Shown here piece by piece: positions 24,201-36,200 of a stretch of DNA of 64,000 bases; within the stretch, counting starts at the first letter, position 1; each line of letters starts with the position of its first letter. A program made the position numbers and the translations under genes. The notes beneath the pieces were generated by a model. The model saw only the letters and a list, made by a program, of their open reading frames with translations, had not been told where the DNA came from and made no database searches. This stretch comes from Phoronis australis (Eukaryota; Animalia; Phoronida): positions 290,911 through 354,910 of the forward strand of contig NMRA01000032.1 in assembly GCA_002633005.1 (NCBI GenBank). The letters are read 5' to 3'.

Positions 24201-27200
24201 AATTGGTCTCGCGTGCTTTTTACTCAGATTAGAAGTAAGTTTTGGGCTTGGAGAGAATTGATATTTTTGTTATCACTTGAGACCGAGCTCAATAACTTGG
24301 CTACATCAGCAGGTTGTTTTAACCTGTCCTGACCAGACTGAATTGGTTGAGTTGACTCGCTGGGTCATTTTATGCATCACACACAGCGTCAAACACTAAA
24401 AAACAATCAGCTCTTTCAAGCACTTATCACTCACTATTTGATCAAGGATTGAGTGATTTCACAACATAAATTATTCTAGAGCAGAGTTTAAATTTTTTAC
24501 CAAAGGTGGGGCTCACAGCAGCTTTTAAGGTTTGTTTGAATGGGTTCGTAGCCTAAAATGGAATGAAAGAATCCTAAACAAAACAAGACACTTAGTACCA
24601 ATAATGAAATAAATTGTGAAAAAGACCAGAAAATGCGTATTTTACATTAGATCATAGCCAGTTGTCACATAAAATAAATTAGGTGAATACTCAAATAAGA
24701 AAATGTTTTTTTGAAAACAGGATATTCAAAACACTTACTGCCTTCAACCTATGAAAATCAATGTAAAAGGTAGTGCTTGCTGAGCAAAATCTGGTTGGCA
24801 TACCATGTCAGAGATATGTCTTGCAATCTTTCCATACTGTCTCAACAAGCTTTGAGTCTCAATAGTAGACAAGTTATAAACAAACAAGTTGAGATTGCAA
24901 GAGTCTTTTATTTCACGTTTGCATCATTCTGGTGAATGCTGTGGACAAATTCAAGGAACAGGTTTGTTATTGGTCAGTTTTGTCCTCTCACCTTATATTA
25001 AGGAACTCTAGTCAAGTGACTAAAATATGCTACAGAGACTCAAACTCTGATGAGACAGTGTCAGAAACCAAGCAAATAAAGGGAGTGTGAATGAAAACGA
25101 TACTTTTCTCAAGGAAGTCAATAATACACTTTAGCACTATTCAGACATGGAGCACAGACTGGGTTTGCAAACTCCATCATAACGAAACTTCGAAACCAAA
25201 TATTTGAGCATCCACACAATTCGCGTGATCTGGTAACGATCTAACGCTCTGTAAATAATTGAAATTGAAGATGACGACCACGTTCGACACATAAGCCAGA
25301 CAATGGCCTACTTACGACGGAGGTTTGAGTTTGTTTGTTTGAGTTCACTAACGTCATTTTGACTGTAGTTCTTAGTCAGCCGGCCGTTCGGTTGCTTGTG
25401 TCGCCTGTTACCACTTAAAAGTTTTTTCAACTGAGCTACAAGAAATAAATGGATCGTGCAATTAGTTGGGATCAGGCAAACAAGTCAATGTTATATTAGA
25501 TTGAGGAGCTTCATCATCAGGGTAGTCCATCTACGTCCCTCACAAACCACAAAGACGTTCTTGCCAACAGTATTCTTCTTTCACAAACAAATCAGGAGTT
25601 GCATTTCCTTTCTCATGTACCCCATTTTATGAACGCGATTCTTTTCTCATAAGCCACACTAGCTTCTTTTCTATGTCAGGTGCTCTTATGTGGTCAGCGA
25701 TGTCTAAATTGTTACCTAACTATGTTTGCCATTGAAGACATTATTTGGCTCTTGAGAATAGAAACGTGTTAGTAGAACATGCGAAAGAAAATATAATTTG
25801 TTAGAAAAAATGTTTTTAATAGTATGAGAAAAGAACGTTGTTGGTGAAAACACTGACGTGATTTATGAGAGAAGACAGCGAGGGTAACCTGAACTTTTAA
25901 TGGATAACATATAAGGAATGTCTATGCATTAAACACTAAATTGAGCTGTCAGCAACTACGCACGCACGCACGCACACGCACACGCACACACGTTAGGACA
26001 AAAGCTCCATGCTGTCCCTTCTTTGAAAACAATTGCATGGGTTCAGCTTTTGGGGTGGAAATCTTTGCTTTGGTTCTTAAATGTAGCGAGTTAGTATTTT
26101 AACTGTACATGATAACATAACAGATCAATTGGAGTTCACCGGTCCTTTCAAAGGGAGATTCACGGCCAGTAACTTGAATTATTCTATTTGAAGTTTGCAC
26201 AATGGATTGACTGATTTACCACGCCGCGGCATTAGATTTTAAAGGAACTTTCTTTGTTGTGAGAGTAAAAGAGCACCAGTTTACATTCGCTTTACACCAA
26301 AAAATATTCAAAGTTATATCAATTTAAAAAGTACCTTTCGAGTATTCTTGAACACAAATTGAAAAAGTAAATTGGGTAGCATTTTTTTCTAGAATATTTA
26401 AAAATACTACAAGCTCAAACTCCTAGCTTAGGTCTCACCATGAGAGGTGGTCAGTTCCTACATTCTAGTAGGCAGAGAAGAGAGAGGCTTCATCATGAGG
26501 AACCCAGTACAGGCAAAAACTGATCATTGGATGACGATCATTCGAGGGTTGGACTTTATTAATTCAAACACAATAGCCCATTGAATTCAGTCCAGCCACT
26601 TAGGCTGCTTGGTCACCTATGGAATACTTTATGACACGTCATTATGTCATAAAACTATGTGCCTGTTGACTGTAGGCAGCCCAGCCAGATGGTTCTCTAT
26701 TGTGTTGGCAGGGAATATACCTGAGGAAATTGAAACTTTCGTTTCAGTTGACAGTTAATTAGGTTTCGGTTTGAATTTTCACCTGTACTAGATTCGTAAT
26801 GATCGATCATCACTCTAACTATCCGGTTCAACCAGATTTTTTGAAAGCTTAGTACATAAGAAAAAAGAAGAGATCACTTATTTCATCAGTGAAAGATGTG
26901 GTGGTCAAGGAAATAAATGCAGCAAAATTCACAAATGTTGATACGTGCAATTTTTTATCTTTGTACCAAGCTTCCGCATTGAGCTTTCACGCTTATTGAA
27001 AGACGAGGTGTCAGCGATGAGATCCCCAACATCCACAGGCCTTTCGTTGTGTGACGACTTGTTGGCAGTCGATATGCGTAAATCAGTAATGGAAGCGGAG
27101 CGAATAGGAGCTGGCTTTTCAATGGCCTCCGCATTGGATATAATCGTATCGACTTCTCGGTCATTGACACTGCTCGTTTCTGAGTCCTGCCGCACTGAAA

Positions 27201-30200
27201 AACTGCTGGCGGCCACCTTCGACAGGGGAGGAGCTCTTTTGCGGGCATGGCTATGGCGGCCGCTAGACCGCGGCAGGCAGTTTTGCTTGATATCTGCAAA
27301 ACTGACATGCCCATCTGAAAACAAAGGGGCACTAGGTGGCGTCAGTGTGCTCTACATGCTTACAACAAAACCGTGCATTTACTACATGATGGAAGCAGAC
27401 GTCGATCCCGTACAAAATTATAAGCATGCAGAATTAGAGTCTCTAAAGTTTTACTTAGAAAACTAACAGTAGTTAGGCATGCTAAAATATGCACTCTTGA
27501 ACTAACGAGCAATACAGGCAAAAATTTGCAAGCATTGGAAAGTGCTCACTAATAACTGAAACACGACGGAACAAACCACGGCTGGATCAGATCAACAAAA
27601 GCACCAGCATGCAATGAGTGAACCACACAAGACAAATTTTGTGCGTGTAACCAAAGGGCGATGAATTAACATCAAAAGCCCTGATCAAACTGAATTAGTT
27701 TTTAATGAAAAACTTTTGCCAACATGAGTCGCAGGGCTAAACAACGATCAAAGACTAGACCTGCTCAACAGGAATCCACACCACAAAATATGACACTTGA
27801 AAAACGAATCCTGAGTAACAACATCAACCCAACATAATACTTCACTTTTATACAGAGCAAACTCAACGCTGACAATTCCTACTACAAATCTGAGTTGCTC
27901 ATTACTCCCTAGTCTCATGGAGTTTGCATTTACGGGGAAGCGATTCTGTTTAGCAGGTCTTAATTTCCTTACAGGTCCAGTCTTTGAAAGTCGACAACAC
28001 CTACACTAAGAGACAACAGACAAAAGTGGTCTCCTTAAGTGACAATCCAGAAAGGTGATCTGAACTCATAAATGAGGGAGTGGAACAGCATGACCGTTTG
28101 AACACTGAGTACGAGGTCTCACCCTTGGCACTGTCATCAGCGTAACCATTGCGGTACTCCTCTTCAATGTAACCATATTTTTGACGTTCCGCCGCCAGCT
28201 GGGCGCTTCTGCAGTTAATGATAAGAAACGCACGAATCAACACGGCAGTGAAACTGAGAAATAGTCACAACAGGGAGTTTTAAACGGACCACACATTGCT
28301 TAGTTCTTGTATCAGAACTCAAAACTTAAAAGTGTATCATACACAAGGTAGACATTGGGTCCCTCTCACGGGCACAGTTGAATTTTTTCAGTCCATAAAT
28401 ACTATGATGATTCTACTGTTGATAACTCTTCAAATCTAAACTGACACACAAAAGATATATAATCCAAACTTAAGTTCCATTAAAGTGTAACTTAACCGAT
28501 GCTTTTTGGCAAACAACAAGTTTTGATTTAATCCATTTATCTTTATAAGTTTGGTTTTATCTTGTTTCTTACTAAATTTAGAATTATTTGATTGCTGGAG
28601 TTTGTAAAGTACTGGCGGTTTGTTATAATTTCCTTAAAAATGGTAAGTGAGCTAAATCCATACAGTTACTTTTTTGACAGAAACCATACCAAAGTAGGGC
28701 TTTTATATGCATTGTTTTCAACCCTGTTGTCATGAAAGTACAATTCAACTGACCTGGTGACCATACAGCTCAACTGACCTGGTGGTAGTACACCTCAACT
28801 GACATCTGGTGGTAGTACAATTCAACTGACACCTGGTGGTAGTACAACTCAACTGATACCTGGTGGTAGTACAACTACTCAACTCACCTGGTGGTAGTAA
28901 ACTTCTCTTGGCAGGTAACAGGAAGACTAAGGCGCAAGTATTCGAGTTTCACCTTCTCGAGAGTCCCGAACGTCTTAGACAAAACTTTGAGTGAAGGAGG
29001 GGTATGACTCCTAAAACAAATGAAAGAAATAACAATGAAGGCAAGACTTCATATTTAAAGCAGTGAAAGATGAAATGATTCTATGTTATAGATAAATCAT
29101 TTTGAAGCTAAAACATACTCTCTTAGTAAAGATAACATTCTAACATCTAAAAATTAAACATATGATTTCTAAAATTTTTCTCACATAAATAAGATATTGA
29201 TGCATTGCATCATCTGGCATTGGTTGCAACATGGAAGTTGAATAATACCTCCACTTAATTTTCTAGAGCAAGTCTACTGAAAACTTTGAGACCATTCACT
29301 GCAAGATTCTTAACGATGACAGCATTAAGGATCAGGGAAAAAACCCAGACTACTTGCCCTCCGGGAATTCTGTCCACTGCAATCCTAGGATGATTTTCGC
29401 TAACTGGCTCAAACATGGCAAGTTCCTTGGAGCACCACAGGGTCATTTGCCGGGTCATGTTACTGTGAAAAAGAAAAACACTGTACAGTCATTTGCAACA
29501 AGGTACCAGGCTCACATGCTTGGAAAACATTGATCCCAAACCATTTCGCCAAGTAATCCTTGTAAAATTCATCTCATTACCCAGGTTACTTTTTATTCAG
29601 AACACGATTTTCAAGCAGCTTTGTCGTGCTGAAAATCGATTCAATTGATTATAGTGGGTAGTGACGTGTTTTCCAGTAAATCACATGCACTGCAGACATA
29701 ATTGTAACTAAAACGAAAGGAATAGCCGAAAATAAGATAAGGATATTTGAAAAATAAAATTTTTTGCTTACACACAAAAGGGTTCATATCCTTCTTGTAG
29801 ACCACAGCACGTAAAGAACTTAAGACTGTCAACATCCTGAAACAAAACGCAAAGCGTAAAAACATCAACAACATCAAAGCCTAAATGCTCGGACAAACTT
29901 TTTGTTAAAATTATGAACAAGACTATCTGGGTGTATTGGACTGTATGCATAGTCCTAGCGATGCTTTAGCAACAGAGCAAACACTTTAAATGCCCAAATG
30001 CTGGAACGTCAAATTAAACGCGAAAAAGTCTTTTCGCACCATATTGCAGCCACGTGAGAAAACGTCAGACAAAGAATGACCGAGAGCAATAGTTTTAAAT
30101 ACTCACCAGTACTAGCACTACAAGTTTGTTTCTGCCGTTCACACTAGAGTATACTGAATAGAACGCCAATGTGTGTGGGTGTCATTCGTAGCTATTTGAA

Positions 30201-33200
30201 TTAAATAAGCTCAGCAGTTCATCACATTTGGGAAGTTACAATTTCGGTGTGGTCAAAGTGATGCTTTTAACATATTGTGGAAACTTAATATACATTGTGT
30301 TACCATTCTAGGTAGGCGTTAAAACCATCAAACTGGGCTCCGTAATACTCGTTTGCATTCAAATGCCAGTATGTAAACACATGTTGAATTTCGTCTTTCT
30401 TTTACAAATCACACTTTTCTTGTTCTAGAATCTAACAGTTGTGCAAGAAATAAAATTCTCTACTGAATCCATGAAGATGTTTACGAAAGTATACTGCACA
30501 ATAGTTTAACCTTCGTCAATCAGTAATTACCGTTTTCATTTTAAAAATTACTAAAAACAATAAATACTTTTCGATAATTACATCAGTCTAGATGAATTTG
30601 GATACTTACCATTAAGAGTACGTTTAAAAAATTAATCTAACCACTTTACTGTAGTTTATGAATATTAGGGTAAAATGTGAATTTACACGGAATGAACAGA
30701 CAGTGACAGATACAGTAAATGACGACTAAAGCATGTCATCTGATACACTCAAAACTAACCAAACTATAGTACTACCTACCATAAATTACCATACAAAGGA
30801 CAAATCTAAATTACAACTACAAGACTTCTAATACAACAGCTAGCAACAGTAGCGAAAAATCTAACAAACACTATATAATTACACTAGGTACATTAAATTT
30901 GTTGATCTCAAAGTTTTAAAAGGACATTCTCGGTTTTGTGCATGGAAAATGCATCTTGGGTATAATTGTTGGGTGGGATTGAATTCTTAAAGCTGTTACC
31001 TTTGACCAGATCTATAAAACAACAAAATCATTTGTGTTTTTGTGATTTGATAACAGGTCCTCAATTCTTGCCAATGGCTGACAAACATTTTACAAAAATC
31101 AAAGCTGGTGACTTTACCAGAGTTAGCTAGTACGCTTTAAATTCTCTTGGCATTCATCAAGTGATTTTTAGCTCTGCTAGCAGAGTGTTACACTGCAACT
31201 GTGGAGGTTGTAAGTTAGATTCAACACTGAGGCTGATCTCAGAAAATCATTTCCTGACCGATAATGTCCCTTTCATATTCTGATGACCAGTAGTCCTTAA
31301 GGCCAAACAGAAAAAAGTAAGAAAATGTACAGACACCGCCACTGTGCTAAAAGCACAAATTTAGTAGTTAGGCAAAACTGCAAAACGAAATCCCATAGCA
31401 AAAAGACTCAATACCCAAAGAAAGTTTCAAGAAGCTAGCACTATTTAGTAATTACACGCATTAATTATGGCGATGCACACCACCAAATGTTCCAGGCAAA
31501 TCAAGGAAAATGGTAAGTAATTTTAGTTTTTTAGTGGAAAAGAGCATTGCACACATTATTTACCCCTTTTCTCTTCTTAAATGTTTTGATCAGTTCGGTC
31601 CGTGTTCGAATACCATCTCTCAACACTTTCTAGAATAAGTCAATCGAAGCACAAATATCATGCTAGCGATCAATAAAAAAGAACATCAATATCAAAACCC
31701 AGGTGACATGACAAAAACCGTCAACACAATAAAAATTGCAGTCAAAACAAAAAAGCGTTTCAAAATCCAAACCAAAACATAGAGTTGAGTACAGAATATC
31801 TATGTGCAAAATATACATGTGTGCAGGGATCAAGTAAAGAAAACTCAGCAGGCCTATAATTAAAAGAGAGCAATACATAACACAAAAGCAGTGCACACGG
31901 TCAGAGATGCTAAAGTGCTTCAAAGTATTAGTTACAACAATATGTACGAAAACAGACAATCGCACATCGTGTTAGTACGGCAGTACAGACCTGACCAAAG
32001 TTGATCCTCGCCTGTTGCCCCGCGCCCATTGTAACCGCAGGAACGTATGCATCTGTGACATCAATGTTCTTGAACGCGATCTCTTGCCCCATGCTGTCCA
32101 TCATCAGCTCTCCATTGAAAGAAAACGCTGAAATAAGCAAAAGCAAGAGTCACTGAATTGTCCTCAAAGGTGATAACATGCACATAAGGAAGATGTTACG
32201 ATAATATGAAGTCCTGTGCAATGCAATCTAAAGTACAAGCTGACAGACAAAATGACACAAAATTCTCCTTCACGATGGCTCGGTGGAAGCCAAAATCATT
32301 GTCAAAGTAGTGTTCCCTCACGACCAAGGATGAAACGTAGTTAACAGGTGCCTAAGCCATTCTGAAATTAGAATTTTAGTGCCTTAATAGTTATTACCAG
32401 TAATTTTGTTATTAAAAGAATAAGCCTTAACAATGGAGAAAGGAAATTTTGTCTTGTATCATACATCAAGCCAAAGTTGTTAGACTTTAAACTGAAATTA
32501 AATTAAGCTAGCGACAGTGAACCTTCCTGTTCAGGTAAATTCCCTTTAACTCCATGGTTTTATCACCTGTACAGTAATTCTAGCAACTACACACACAATA
32601 TGACAGAAAAGAGTAATCCATTTGGTCAAGAATTTTTCTACAAAAACATCCTTTATGAACAAACCACATTACTCAGTTTATGCATCACATGTATAATACA
32701 TCTTTCATCAAACAGCGCTTCAAAAATATAATCCCTTTTAATCATCACCGACGTAAGCTTATTGTCGGACGCTAGAAAAAAGTTCAAATTAGGCTAACTT
32801 TGCAACATCATACCTCAGAAATGGCTGATTGGAATTAAATGAAATTCAGATTCTATGTTTTATGCTTTTATGCACTTTTCTTCAAAATCCTGTGAGGAAT
32901 TGTCTTCAAATTGATCCATTTTTTTCCATGAAGAATGGTAAAAAATATGACTTTTATGAAGAAACTGAAAAGTTGTATAAAAGAAAAATGAAATGAAAAC
33001 TTAGAAAACTGTTTTTGAGATTTCACGTAGAACATTTATTTCAAATGAAATTTGATCACTGTTTTGCCACGATTGTACGTTTCATTTTTGCTTAATTATG
33101 CTAAAGAGATATGGTCACGTGAACCAACTGATGGCAGCTTGGTATAAAGTCAAATTCTAAAAGATTTCTGCTGGCAAAAATTATACTTTTCTTCAATTTT

Positions 33201-36200
33201 ATAGATTTGTAGATATTTGGGTGAATGTACAGACTTATTGATAAAAATACAAATTATAATAGTTGCAGGCGATCTGGTACACGTTGTACGAGACGTGCGC
33301 AGGCCGCACATGTGGGCCTATTGCATTGATCACCAGAGGAACAATTTTTGCTTCATTAAATATACAGTTAAAACTGAGCTGAGGAGCTGGAGACCTGACT
33401 CAAGACTCAGAGTGCCCCAATGGAACACAAACTCATGGCCTTAAGTAAAGGAAGTGGATACGTATCCCACAAGGCCACACTGCTTCCTGGTCACCAATGT
33501 GCCTACATAACCTTAACAGTCTAAAATTTAGCAATTGATGTTTGGGCCTAAACATCAATTGCTGTAGTGTGACACCAGTGCTGACAACATCTAGTCTAAG
33601 GGCAGTTATTACCTTTCAGCGCAAGGAATATATAATGGAATAAGGCATATGGAAACTAACAAATATAAATTTAAATAAAAATAAATAATGACATTAAGTA
33701 AAAAACAATTAACAGAGAACATGGGAGATATAAGAAGGTATTAGTAGTTGTAGAGTACGTAATTCAATGCAAAAATCCCCACGTACTGATCGTTTTGTCT
33801 TGAAGATCTAACATGCAGCCAATGATGTCACCCTCCTGCCATCGTTTGCCATACGGCTCTGTGCCAGTGTGGCACTTAAGGGCACTTTGTCCATCGAAGA
33901 CATAGGACCCCTCGCCGATACCAAGATCCTTCCCAGGCAAACACGACGCCATGGCCCAACCCACTCGCATGTATCCAGGGGTGATCACTTCAAATTCATA
34001 GTACCTGGCAAGGAAAGAAAAACAATTCAACATAGTGACAACCATATTAAGCAGTGCTGTCTTATGACATGTTTACTTCAGCTCGACAGAACAGTCATCA
34101 TGTAGGGAAGAAGAGTAATTTATTTTACCGCACCTCAACAAAAATACAGTCTCAGAAAAGGTATACATAACTGCTAGTTCCCCAGATGTTGTTACAAATC
34201 ATTTCTTAACTGTGATGAGCTAACAATTACTCTGTTAAAACTTAATTGCATACCGTACTTGAGAAGTAGGAGCGTAAGTCAAAGTTTCTTAAATCTTTAG
34301 TCATAATGGCTTATTAAAGTCTAAAGCTACTTTTCACGACACAAACCCGAGTTTTGCAAATGTTGCTCTTACTTCTCCTACTACTTAGTAAACATACATC
34401 CCATAATACAAAGTTACATCCCATGATACAAACATACATCCCATAATACAAACATACATCCTATAATACAAACATACATCCCATAATACAAACCACAAAA
34501 CCAATGACCCTTTAGGATCAGTTCTCTAGTAACTCCTCACAAGTGTAAGACAGTTCAACGTCCACATTTATGCATATCCTCATGGTATGATGAGATATTT
34601 TTAAATTTAAGATACATGCTCACCATTTTCCGGAGGATGCCGCAAACGCCAGCTCGCCTCTGTAACTCCGAGTGTTGCGTCTGCTCATGCCAGAGTCTGC
34701 AAACAATCCTGGGTAAACACAAAAAAAACAGAATCAAAATTAAACATTTGGTCAACTAATTAACAAAATTATTAATAATTTTATATACCGTGACTATAAA
34801 AGACGCATCTCCTATTGAAACACGCTTCATACATAACTTCTTATGAATGTTGAACAAGGTGATAAATAATTTAACACAGATTGACACTTTTAGTTTTACT
34901 AGAAGCAGCTATATACAGCTTCATTATCAGAGAATCATGTAATCATGGCCATCACAAAATTATGCTATAATGCAATACGTGAAACTCAAGCAAAACTAAG
35001 TGCATATTACATTTTGCTTCATTGACAGCCAAAAGCACATTGAATTGCTGCACTACACAACTGCTCAAATATATGACTTCGACGACTAATTTTTTGTGCC
35101 ATTTTTATTGAATCAATCGCTCGCTTGTTGGCAGGACAAGCAAAACTACTTCAACAAGCAATGCCTATGTCTCCACAAAGCAGAATTTCAGAAACAACTA
35201 ATAGACAACTACGCATATCATCAACAATCATAGCCAATCGACTGGTGAACTTCATGCGCAATGAAAACAAAGAATATTGCATTCTCTTTAAAAATGTTTT
35301 TGGTTCTGCAACCCATCATTAGCTAGTGCGAGCATCACATGATGGTTACGCGTTTGATAGATTTTCTACATTTGTTTAGTTTCACTGCCTTTTTGCTATA
35401 TTTACCAAGTAGAAAATGTGTTAAATAGCGGCATTCTTTGCAATGCACAGCCCCATGACACCAAACTACATGTTGATTATCATACCATTCTCTTTTACCA
35501 GCAATAAAACACTCATCAGTTTTTTGTCTTTAAAGTAAAATTAGGCTGCACAAGAGAAAAAAACAAAATAATTAAATTCAAAGAGATATCAAACATATTT
35601 GGCCTATTAACAGATACTGACTACTTGTTCATTTACAAATTTATGAAATGAAATAAATCGTAGCCAATCCTCAAAAGTCTGGAGAAAAATTCTTGTTAAG
35701 GTTTGCTAATTGGAAAATGTGACTACTGCTTTCAGCAAGTTACGCAGCAACTGTGGGGAGAGCCTGCCTACTTGAAAATACACAATCCAATTTATGTTTA
35801 AGTGGAAAAGTGTCTTGTTAAAAAAAAAATATTTAAAGCTCCGGGAAGATTCTAATGGTGCATGAACAGGTGAAAAAACAAACACCTTAGTGTCCTTTTA
35901 AGATAAATGGTGAACCTTGTGACAGAAGCTCAACAGCCCATATATTATCGCAAACAGAAATGAATGAGGGGTGAAAACAATTACGAGAATAAGCAAAGCA
36001 AGCGGGACAAACCTAATTTTTTACCCCCTTCAGTTGTTTCCAACGACGGTGGCTCTAGATTGTACCCATAGGCCATTAGTGTACGAACGGTCTCACTAGC
36101 CGTTTCCCTGGAATAGAGAAATTAAAATTTCAAATAAAACAGTTACGTAGTAAATGGCATCCAAACTTTCCCATTAGTTTTTCGTTGAGTTAATTAGAAA

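Noticed and set aside
24739-24748. 10-nt segment between ttttcatag and gtaagt
   Set aside because: It is frameshifting and too short to tell from a random motif pair.
26439-26464. Exon-like segment ending ATG|GTGAGA
   Set aside because: The possible lengths (19 or 26 nt) are not multiples of 3, and nothing else supports it.
26945-27466. 173-aa plus-strand ORF
   Set aside because: It is the antisense shadow of candidate exon C1, with a non-ATG start and no recognisable domain.
28001-28122. Open frame continuing past E30 ([13 protein letters not shown]...)
   Set aside because: It lies beyond the strong phase-1 GTGAGA donor and ends in a stop, so it is treated as intron read-through.
30610-30636. 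27-nt in-frame segment ending in a strong GTAAGT donor
   Set aside because: The acceptor lacks a pyrimidine tract, and the insertion would interrupt the conserved NFGQ|DV junction.
31160-31250. tRNA-like sequences as functional tRNA genes
   Set aside because: There is no intact acceptor stem or cloverleaf; they are better explained as decayed SINE heads.
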